The notes beneath the pieces are model-generated. The model was not told the origin of the DNA, made no database searches, and worked only from the letters and a program-made list of their open reading frames with translations. A stretch of 64,000 nt of DNA from Lepidodermella squamata (lineage: Eukaryota > Animalia > Gastrotricha), in the NCBI GenBank assembly GCA_047495785.1, contig JBLDXI010000054.1:496001-560000 (forward strand). The letters run 5' to 3'. Positions 48,488 to 59,100 of this stretch are shown here, in pieces. The position numbers and the translations under genes are program-made. Each line of letters begins with the position of its first letter. The stretch's first letter is position 1.

Positions 48488-51454
48488 CCGCAGTCTCACA
48501 AACAGTTACACCCGCCCGCAACTGCGGTTACCGCAGGGAAATGGATGACAGGACACGGGCATCACCACGGAATATTCCCACCGCTGCCCTGCGCCGCCGC
48601 AAACGAGTGATCAATGTCTGAATAAGATCTCGGTTATCAGTCCTAAGCGTTGTCTCAGTCATCGGCTGTTTTCAAATCTCCGGCGGATCCAGTGATACCA
48701 ATGAATTTTTCGCCGAAAATGATGCTAAATTCTCACTCTTAACAACTAACAACTCAATGATGTTAAAGTTTACATGACGTTTTGTTAAACACTCAACTTG
48801 ATCTGAATGGTGCAAATAAACGGCTGTTCATAGCCTAGCGATGTTGATTTTCCATGCTATGGATGTTAAGGATGCATTTATGAGTAAAAGAGATGCTAAG
48901 CGCTCTCTTTACTTGAAAGCAATCTTGCTATAAGGAATTCCTTACTAAGGATGTCCTTACTAAGCAAGACATCCTTAGCAAGATGGCTTCCAAGTAATGA
49001 CGCGGTGTCACTGGTATGCTTGGTGGGAATGGCTTACTCAACAATCCTTACTCAGACTTCGCCGCTTCAGACTGAGCGATCTAAGGATCTGATCTCAGAT
49101 GGACCTGTGCACCAGAGTGAGTGTCCATAGTTATGTCTATTAGGATGACAGTCCTTACTAAGCACCAAGCTACGCTGACTTGTAAACCACTATCCTTAGT
49201 AAGGAACATGACTGATGTTACGAACAGCAGTAAACGAAATGAACTGAGCGGCTAAATCATCGTAATCTAATTTTCTTTCTGATATTATGAACATGTTCTA
49301 AGAGACAGCTTTGATGATAACGGTGGTAACGCCTTTGAGATCAGCTTTAATTAGTCTATAGAAGTTAGTTACGGCCTCACTGCGGACGACGAAGTATCAC
49401 ACAAGGATGAGAGAACATCAAGGATAAAGAAGGAAGGCAACGTGTCTTCCGCATCAGCAACATCTATGCCAGTAAATTCGACATGTTTCCCCCCAGCTTT
49501 CCGTTTATTTACATGATATCACTGCCCTTTTCATCGTGAAACAGCTAGTTGCATTGCATTTCGCCCAGAAAAGGGTGCGTTTCTCTGATCCGCGGACTGA
49601 AACTTGAGCGACAAGTTTTCAAGGCCGCTTGTTATATCATTAGACTCCTCAAGACAGCAGAAAACCACGTTGCACCGCCTTCTTCTTGATTCCAGCGGTG
49701 GATTTCAACGGCAAGGAAGCGCTATTTAAGGCTCTTTTCACCGATTTTGGGTATACCACATTGCGAAAACTGAGACCGAATAAGAAAAAACGGCGCGGCT
49801 AAAACATTTAGCTCGCTTAACTGACTTGAATGATGCGCGGCAAGGAGCCGCACGCTTGCCGGTTACCTTAGGAACCAGGCGCGAAAACCCTGATTTCAGG
49901 CGTTTTAACCGCTAAAATTTAAAAACCGACGCGTCGACGTGGCAACGCGCGCTAAAATTCAAGGGCATCGTGCAATTGAAAATAAAATTAAAAATTTATA
50001 TTAAAAGTGATAAAAAATTATTTTAGTAAAATTATTTTCGTAAAATAGCCGGCAAATTTATTTTTCGCGACTACGGCAGGATGTTCGGTTTTAAAAAGAA
50101 CACCCTGTAGCGCGATATTCTCACGGGTCTGGCAAGCTTCGCCGGTGTAACCAGCTTTGCAGGTGCACGTGTAACCCGAGAGACTCGTCAGCGATCCGGA
50201 GCAACTATTCGGGGCGCAGTTGGTAGGGCACGTAATACCTATAAATAAACACCTTTCTAAAAATGTGAGAGGAGAATTTCGGATTACCATTGATGAGCTT
50301 GCATTGATCACGCAGCGTAACGAGTTCGATATTGTCGAGAGTCTCCCGGAAGAACGAGAAACAAGCAACGCTCATTGCACCAGCGCGGCCGCCAAATAGT
50401 CTGTTTTCGAGACGTTTGTGCAATATAAATATGCTATTCAAAAAAGCAATTGACTTACCGCTTCCCTAATGCCAACACCGGAGTAGTTAACGGAAGCTCA
50501 TTAGCGAATCCAAAGAAGTACTTATTAGTGCAGAAAATAATTGAAGAACTCGTAATATTGCTGTAAGCCAAAGCCAGAAACTGCCACGATGCTAGTGAAC
50601 AAGGCACCACCTTTGATGAATTTGCTGAACCATAAGAGTAGCATTTTATGTGAGTAGCGTTGATTTGCCAACAACCTGATGCCGTCATGGCGAGGTCCGT
50701 GAACTCAAATAAAGAATAAAGGGCAATTCGTGCACGATGATTTGATCCATGCACCCATTGTCCATGAGAAACCTCCGCTGAATACAGTATTGGAGAAAGA
50801 CACGTAGCTGGAATTGTCTCCTTGGTTCAGGGCTTTGGCGCCAGAATTCGAGTCGCCGAACGGGCCAGCTACGTCGAATAAAGTTCCGTTCAGTATTGCG
50901 GCTATACCGAATGTCGAACCACTGACATCGCGATTACTCCACAGTCCGTTCAACGGCAAAAATCCGACAATGCTGGGGAAAGGCGTTGTAATGCTATTTC
51001 TGAGTTGTGCAACGATTGACAATGGGGCCGGAGTTACAGCAGTGGCTGGAATTACAGAGCTTCATTTCGAGGCGTGGCGACGTATCGAAATTACTCACTT
51101 ATTTGGCATGTGCTACCTGTGTAGCCAACTTTACAGGTGCAGGTGTAGCCTCCCGGATTGGCCAAGTTGCCAGTACATGTTGACGCGACACAATTTGCGG
51201 AGCATGTTATATCTGATGGAACATTAGAATTTATTCGTGAGCTTCTAGATGCGTGGCGCGACTAATTCCGGCACGGACTGTGCCAAATTAAAAGCTAACA
51301 ATACGCCAGTATGAACCCGATGCTCATAACTCGTAGTATGATGGATTTCAGGGCCGTTTCACCTCTAGGGAAAAACCTGTAACAGGTATAAAGTCACATG
51401 AGGTGTCATTCGATAGGAAATCGTTTCGATAAAACGTAAAATATTCTTCAATCG

Positions 51455-52685
51455 ATTTGGATGATCGGCTGATTTTTCACAATTTAAAATCGATAAATCA
51501 CTGATGATTCATCGATCTGATGATTCATCCAATCGTTACCAGCTACTGCAAAAACTACGTCATTGACCTCACTAATATGGGTCAAGTAGTGCGCGCTTCC
51601 ACTAATAATAATGAAAGTACTATGCAAACCTCAGCTGCCTCTCCCCCTAGCGTGGGGGAGAGGCCTTTATTTCTTGGGGTTTAAATGTGAGCGAGGGACG
51701 ATAATTATCTGTTGAAGTTGTTGGTTTCGAGAGACGGGAAGCGCGAAAGAGCTGTTGATCTTCAAGTAGGAGTTAGTCTCAAACCTTCGCCCAAGAACGT
51801 CGGTGGCGTAGTGGTAAAAGAGGCTGCGTGTGTAACGAAAGAATGAGGGTTCAAATCCCGCAACCTACACGCATTTTTATTTTTTATTTTTATTTTTTCT
51901 GGGCGATCATTGCCAAATGTCGGGTTGCGATAGCCCAGCAGATTTCGGAGATATTATAAGCCGCCTGATTTTTAAATAAAATGCTTTAATCTGTGCCAAC
52001 CAACTCAATCAGTATACTTAGAATACCCACTTCAGATAAACTTTGGGTAACTTTGGGTAACAGCCACTTCAATACTTAATAAGCCGAAACCTGAAAACAT
52101 TTGGATAATCGGCTGATTTTTCACAATTTAAAATCGATAAATCACTGATGATTCATCGATCTGATGCAATCGTTACCCGCGGTTGCCATTGACCTCACTA
52201 ATATGGGTCAAGTAGTGCGCGCTTCCACTAATAATAATGAAAGTACTATGCAAACCTCAGCTGCCTCTCCCCCTAGCGTGGGGGAGAGGCCTCTATTTTC
52301 TGGGGTTTAATTGTGAGCGAGGGACGATAATTATTAAACTTTTTGCAAATTTCACGTTAATTTGAGGTTGTTGGTTGTTGGTTTCAAGGAACGGGGAGCG
52401 CGAAAGAGCTGTTGATGTTCAAATAGGAAGTAGCTGCAAATCGTCGCCCAAGAGTTTTGGTGGCGTAGTGGTAAAAGAGTCGGCGTGTGCAACGAATGAA
52501 AGAGGGTTCAAATCCCGCAGCCTACACGCATTTTTTTTTTTTTTTTTTATTTTTTCTGCGCAATAATTGCCAAATGTCGGATTTCGATAGCCCAGTAGAC
52601 TTCGGGAGATATTTTAAGCCCCCTAATTTTTAAATGAAATAATGTTTCAAACAGTTCCAGCAAACTCAAACACATACCTAGAGCC
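51455..52685. repeat. Two ~645-bp direct repeats, each with a GC-rich hairpin and a tRNA-like unit
   Basis: Units start ATTTGGAT(G/A)ATCGGCTGATTTTTCAC at 51455 and 52099; hairpin GCCTCTCCCCCTAGCGTGGGGGAGAGGC in both; degenerate third piece near 53140. Confidence 0.85.
51802..51878 (+). ncRNA. tRNA-derived Pol III-like unit (further copies 52459-52548 and 63919-63995)
   Basis: A-box TGGCGTAGTGG, B-box GGTTCAAATCC, followed by a T-run; no canonical acceptor or D stem. Confidence 0.55.
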
Positions 52686-54130
52686 AACCAAACAAACTAA
52701 ACAAAATTTAGGGAGAGGGGGTTGAGATGCCCTTCCTCTAGGGAGGGGCGACAGGGTGGGTATGGAAAAAGGCCTTGTGGCCTGAACATCTGAAAAGGGG
52801 CTGATCACAAACTTTTCGCGCTAGCAAAGTTAGTCCCTTTCAATGTTTAGGCGCACGTTTGTTCTCACCCAATTGCCATTTTCCGCGCCCTTTCCCCTTT
52901 TCCACATTAGTTATATGTAAGCACCCCCAAATTCCAAAAGGGCAGGGTTTTTAATCCGATTACCTTGCAAGTTATATCAATCGATAGCCCTTGACGAGAA
53001 TAGCTTATAAAAGATTTTCCAGCTGTTTTCGCCGGACCAGTTTGGAGAAATTGGCAAAAAACTGCATTTGTCCTACTTTTCTGGGGACATGACCCAATTT
53101 AAAGTAGGCCAATGTGTTACTATTTTTAGCTGCGCAATCACTAATATAGGGCCAGTACTGCGCGCATCACTAATAATAGAGATATACTGATCGCGTTTTG
53201 GCCTTGGCCACTGTTACTTCAGCCTGCTTACAATTTGGCCTCCCTCCTCGGGGAGGGAGGCTCACGATAAATCATTGCTTACTCTAATTTTCTTAAAGAT
53301 GTAACCTTGCACATCAAAGGCATAATTGCTGCAATTAATATAACAGCTATTGGTTTCTTCATGTTGTAGATTCAGGTCATTACCTGCCCTGATTGGGGCT
53401 TTTTACAATGAAGTCGGGAACAGGCGATAAGCGCCATATATTATGATAGATACCGAAAGAAGTATTTTTCTGCAAACTTGACGGATGGTTTTTTTATTGA
53501 CGCAAGTCGTAGATGCACAATTTTGGGGCATCCGCTGATTACAAGGTCTTGCCGTTTTTTCGTCAGTCATGTCGGAGAAAAGGGTTAGTTCCTAATATCT
53601 ATGATACCTGAGTGAACACTGCTAATTGCCATAATTGGGGAAAGCAGCTGAACAGTAGGCGAATGACAAAGCTCATATGGGATGATTGTGATGGCCGGCG
53701 AAAGGATAATTGATGAGGATGAGCTTTTCGAAAACATTTTCGAAAGACATTAGTTCTGGCGGTCTTACATTGAATATTTCAATTGTTCCGGTAGTTTGAC
53801 AGAATCGGTTATATTTGCGAGATTCGCGCATAGGTTGCAGTTGCTCCTCAGTGAATAATTGCATGTTGAGCATCAGTCCTATCTCATTTGGATCCATAAG
53901 CCGTTTGCTTCTGCAGGAATCGATGTATATTAGAAGAGTAATATAGCACAAAGCGTGTTAGGTTTTTAGTCGTCGTTAAAATTGCAAAAACAGGTGATAG
54001 GTCAAGGCTTACGAAGTCTTCAAGATTAGGCGGTGCGCAACAAAGGATTGTCCCGTGTTATGCAACGGCCTAAGACATTTTAACCGGGTTTCGAAGGCTT
54101 GCGCGAGCTGATTATTGTACATCACATCAC

Positions 54131-55795
54131 TTTATTTATTTATTTATTTAGGAGCCATTCATCCGTTTTTAGAAAAAGTTGGAAAGCTCAGCTGTAAAAA
54201 AAGACAATGGATTAGTTAGGGTTTGATCAAACTGTACACAAGATTATGAAGTTATAAAACATCATTTTAGATAAGTTGACAAAAATCAGTATAAAATTGA
54301 GCAACAATAATGGTAGAAAAATATGGGAGTATAGGTTTCATTTCAGGCTGCTGGCTTTTTGTTGAGATTGGTGTTGGGAGCCAGACTTAATAGGTAGTTG
54401 TAGACCAAGTTCCTGCACTGATCTGCGCTTGTTGCAGAGCGCACTGCGTCGGGCAAACTGTTCCAAAAAACTGCCCCGTGGTGTTCAAGACAACGGTCCA
54501 TGGTCTTGGACTTTGTCTTTGGCATTTTAAGGAGACAGCTCATAGTTTTCTTGGCTGTTTGGCTTCGAGTGGAGCCCGTCGCGGTTTGCTTGGTAAAAAA
54601 AGCAGCGATTGCAACCGGTGCTTCGTCATTTAAGCACCGCCAGATCAAGGTAGCCAGATGGACTTTACGCTTCCCATCCAAATCTAGCCAACGCAGACTT
54701 TGTCGCAGCGGTACCGGGTCGGCGTTCGCTGGAGCGCGGCAAATTATTCGGACAGCCTGGTCCTGGCGCCTTTGCAGTTTCTTTAATTTCGTAGGTGCCA
54801 ATTGCGATAGAGTTGTGTCGCAATACGTCAGGTGGCAGAAAATGAGACCATTTGCCATCAGTTTTAGCGTTTTTCGGTCGAGATATTTGGCAGCGATTCT
54901 CAACGCAAATAGACCACTACGAGTTTTGTTCCTAATCACTTTCAAATGATCCTTGAAGCACATCTTGTTATCAAGAGTGAAACCTAAGATTTTGAACGAC
55001 GATGTTGTTTCAATCGGACAATTTTCAATTTTGATATCGAATTTTGGTGGGGAAAGTGTGTTATAGTCAGTTGGTAGCACGATCAACTGGGATTTTTTAC
55101 CATTGACCATAAGGCTATTTGAAGCAAGCCAATCGCTCAGACGGTTCAAATCGTCTTGAAGTTCCCTCTGAATTTTTTCGACATTTTTACCCGAGTGATA
55201 AACTGTGGTGTCGTCGGCAAACTGAATTAATTTAGCAAAACGAGGAATTGAGGCCATCTCGTTGATGTATAATGTAAATAATAACGGTCCTAGTACGCTA
55301 CCTTGTGGTACTCCGTACAAAATTGGCTCTTGGTTTGATAAAAGGCTATTAATTTTGGTGAACTGAGATCGGTCCGAAAGATAGTTTCTGATGAGGCCTA
55401 CAGCTTCGGAGGAAAAACCAGCGCTATCGAGTGATTTGTAGACTCCGTCATGATGTAATGAGTCGAACGCCTTACTTAAGTCAATAGCAACAGCAACAGT
55501 AGTTAGTCCCATTTCATGAGCCTTACGCCAGTCGTTCGTCAATTTTGCTAAGCAACTGTCTGTTGAGTGGTATTTGCGAAAACCGAATTGGCTAGTAGAT
55601 AAAAATTGGATATCGGATATATGTTCCTTAATTTGGATGGAAAGGCAGCGTTCGAATGTTCTTGAGATCGGTGAAAGAATCGAAATCGGGCGAAAATTTC
55701 CTATATCTGATTTAGAGCCACCTTTGTGTAGCGGGCTAACTATTGCTACCTTCCATTGTTTAGGAATCGAACCTGAGTCGATGATCGAATTAAGG
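54131..55795 (-). mobile_element. 5'-truncated CR1-group (CR1/L2/Crack-like) LINE, RT ORF ends at 54343
   Basis: PKQWKVAIVSPLHKGG, NFRPISIL, QFGFR, DLSKAFD, GVPQGSVLGPLLF, FADDT; (TAAA)n tail at 54131-54149. 5' boundary approximate. Confidence 0.9.
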
Positions 55796-56130
55796 TGTCG
55801 TTTTCTGTACGTTGGCATAACACTAACATCTTCGCTTACTTTCAATTTTTCAGAGGTAACCCCGCAAAATTGAAGCTTAAGTGATTGAAGCGAGACAACA
55901 AATTCCAATTGTTTCGGTTTAAATGGTCGATTAATCGCCTGGAGTCACTGCGTCTGAAACTTAATTTCCTTGAAAATGACAAATATTGGTATTCTCCAAA
56001 TTTTCCGGCGGCCGGGCGCCGTTTTAACATTAATAGTAAAGCGTAAGTAAAGTAAGTAAAGCGAGCTTACGTCTTTCACAATTTGGATGAATAACTTGTG
56101 GAATTTGATCTGCGAATTTGATTTGTGTCT

Positions 56131-59100
56131 AAGGTTTTTACACGTATTTGTGTTTCTGCTTGCGCTACTGCAGCGGTACACTTACTTACCTACTTCTTAC
56201 GATGGCCGGCAATAAAGGCGGGAAGAAGAAGAAGAAGGCAGCTCCTACACTTTCCCTGTTCAAGGCTCTGAGGGGCCTGGACGCTGCTGACATCGCCAAT
56301 GTGCTGAAGGTGATCGCGGCGCTCAAGGCCGCAAAGGGTTGCCCGGAGACTCTCTCGGTTAGTGGCGAGGTCCACATGGACTCGGCTGACGAGAGTGGCG
56401 ACGAGCCACCTACGCTCACCTATGCTGGCGCGGCCACGTCCACGGCCTCGTCTCAGCGCCCGTCGTCGCACCCGGCGACCCCTGACCCTCGTGTTAAGCC
56501 GCCGCCCCAAGGCGCTCCACCTGCGGGTGCTGCCCCTGCTCCGTCCACTGCTGCCAACACCGGTTCTTTTCGCACTGTCATAATCGATGGAATACACGGC
56601 ATTCGACGGAACGAACTTGAGCCCAAACTCTACGAGGCTGTCGCCTGGCTTCGGCCCGAAACCGTTGTTGTCATGGCTAGTGGTGGCTTGCGTATCATCT
56701 GTAAAACCCCCGCTGATGCTCAGCGCCTTCTCGACCGTGATGGGTTCGCTCCTGAGGCCTTTCGTGGCTCCGCATTTCGCGTCCACCGCCCCGGCCAGCC
56801 AGACCCTAAGGCTGCTAAGTCCAAGCAAGCTGACAAGGACAGTCGTTCGGTGATCACTGCCCGGCTGCCTGGGTTCTATACCACCGACCAGCTTCTGAAG
56901 CACCTGACGAACGTCGTCGAAATTCGTGACATGCCAGTTCACACCCCCGGCGATGACCCGCTCCGCGTCGTCGTCCTCAAGACACAAGCGTTACGCGACG
57001 AGGCTCTCACCCTCGGCCTCGAGTTCCTGAATCGCCGTATCAAGTGCCGCCCTCTCAAGGACGGCCTCCTTCCGCCTAAGTGTATGCGCTGCGCCCGGTT
57101 TGGGCACGTCGAAGTTGACTGTGCTGCGGCAGAGAAAGACCTCCTGTGTGGTCGCTGCGCCTCGCCGAACCACAAAACCGCCCAGTGCGAAGCGCCGCGC
57201 GAATCCCTCGCCTGCGTCAACTGTCCGGACGGTGGCTCGCCTCGCCACTCCAGTCTCTGGCGCGGCTGTCCTCAGTTCAAGGCCGCTAAAGTGCAGGAGG
57301 CCGAGTCCCGTGCTGCCCGCGCCGAGGCGAGACGTGCTCGTGTCGCTCGACAAAAGAAGGTCACGCCACCGACCGCGCCGCCTCAGCCCCCTCCGGGCCG
57401 CGTCTTCCGGGTTGCCACTCGCGATCTTCTCGGCTCCGCGCCGCCGCCCCCACCGCAACTCCCGCCTGTTAACCCTGCTATCCGTAACCAGTTCCAGACG
57501 CTCGACGGCGCTCGTTTGTTCGAAATGATGGACGCCCGCCTGAAGAAGTTCGAGGAAAAGGAGGTTGCCTACGGCCAGCGTCTTCTACGGCTGGAGAACG
57601 CCTTCGTTGAGATCACGGGCCTTGTCAAGGCGGTCGTGCATGCGCCTCCCGTTCGCGCGGCTGGTGGCCCGCCGCATGGTGACGCGCATGGCGGGTCGGC
57701 GATCCTGGTTCGCGAAGGGGCGGTTGTCGTCTCCGAGCGGAAGCTGGCCTTGACTGGGGCGAAGAGAAGCGAGTGGATACGCCTCGACCTGCTGCCTGGT
57801 CGCCGTTGTGAAGCAGTACGTATGTTTACCGGCTACTGTCCGCCGTCGTCCAGTCTCGACCTGCGCTGGTTTGAGGAGGAGTTCGCTGAAGCTGCTCGTC
57901 TGGCTGTCCCGTGTTTCTTTGGCGGCGACCTGAACGCGAAATCACCACTGTGGGGGAAGGGCGACCTCTGGAACGCCAACGGCTTCTCCCTCCACCACGC
58001 CGCGACTCGGCTCGGTCTTACCGTCCTTCCGTCTCCGAAGCCGACTCATCTGCATCCCTCCTCCGGTTCGCTATCCACGCTCGATGTATGGGTGCTTAAC
58101 GACGCTGCCATGCGCCTCCTGCGCGGCGGCGCTCACGTTGGCGATCGATATACCAGTGACCATTTCGTGACCTCAGTCGCTGTCGCCTTCCCAGTTGGCC
58201 GGCGGCTGCCTGCAGTCGACCCTCCCGCTCCGGATCCGTTTCCGCGGTACGATGTCTCGCGCGCCGATCGTCTCAGTTTTTCCCGCACCTTGACTGCTAA
58301 GCTCCTTGCCATTCAGATGCCAGCTCCCGGGGACCCCTTCCCACGACTTGCCACTTATCGCCGAGAAGTAACCAGCGCTATCGCCGAGTCCCGCGACCTT
58401 CACGTGCCCGTCTGTGCGCCGGGGCAGCTGCGACGCATCGCCATGAGCCTGGAGATGCGCAGGCTTCTTCAGGAGAAGCGGGTTCTGGAACGTGCTCTGG
58501 GCAACCACGTCGACCGCGAGCTATGCGCCCGGCTCAAAGATCTCGACGCCCGGTTCCGCGCTGCGCAGCACGCTCATCTTCTCCGTCGCGACATCGCCAA
58601 TCTTCGAATGGTGGAAGCGCTATCTGCCCAGCACCGTTACCGAGAAGCGTGGGAGCGCCTCCGCCGTCTCGACCGACACAGGCCGCCGCGTTCGGCTGGG
58701 CCCATGAAACTGGATGACGGCCGCGTCTTAGCGCCATCGCCTGAGCTCGCAGATGCTCTCCTGAGTCAGTTCGTCAAGCCGATGACGCCGTATGAAGACC
58801 CGGCTGCCGATGCTGCGACCAGACAACGTTGGGCCGATATAGAGCGATTCGTTTCCACCGATCCTGATCTTCAGCGTACCGATACCCTGCAGCTACCCGG
58901 CCCGGGTGAGTTCTCCGTCAGCCAGCGCATGGTGGCTGATGCAGTCGGGCGCCTCAAGCCGTTTAAGGCGCCTGGGCTGGACGGCATCAGTCCTATATTC
59001 TACAAATGGGGCGGGCCGCCGCTTCAGCGCCACCTTCGCCATCTGTTTAACCTCAGCCTCGGCTCCCGATGCGTTCTGCCGGAATGGAAGGAGGCTGCCG

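Larger units (their letters stand above)
39672..50107. mobile_element. TA-flanked TIR element (29-bp TIR CAGGGTGTTCTTTTTAAAACCGAACATCC) hosting nested Harbinger and LINE insertions
   Basis: Perfect TIR pair, TA at 39670-39671 and 50108-50109; internal ~370-bp diverged repeats at 40346, 44479 and 44852; removal leaves a 64-bp intron. Confidence 0.88.
39402..51212 (-). pseudogene. LamG-like/EGF family copy C (EGF, LamG with frameshift, EGF, 10.5-kb intron, EGF, Cys tail); 5' exons not found in the window
   Basis: Exons near 51212-51098, 51044-50459, 50400-50289, 50218-50125, 39622-39527, 39475-39402; last exon ARKCGCIRDNKCYDFCADFNILRP*; 7-bp duplication at 50708-50721 shifts the frame. Confidence 0.82.

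Noticed and set aside
51802-51878. Functional tRNA gene
   Set aside because: A and B boxes are present but acceptor, D and anticodon stems cannot be formed.
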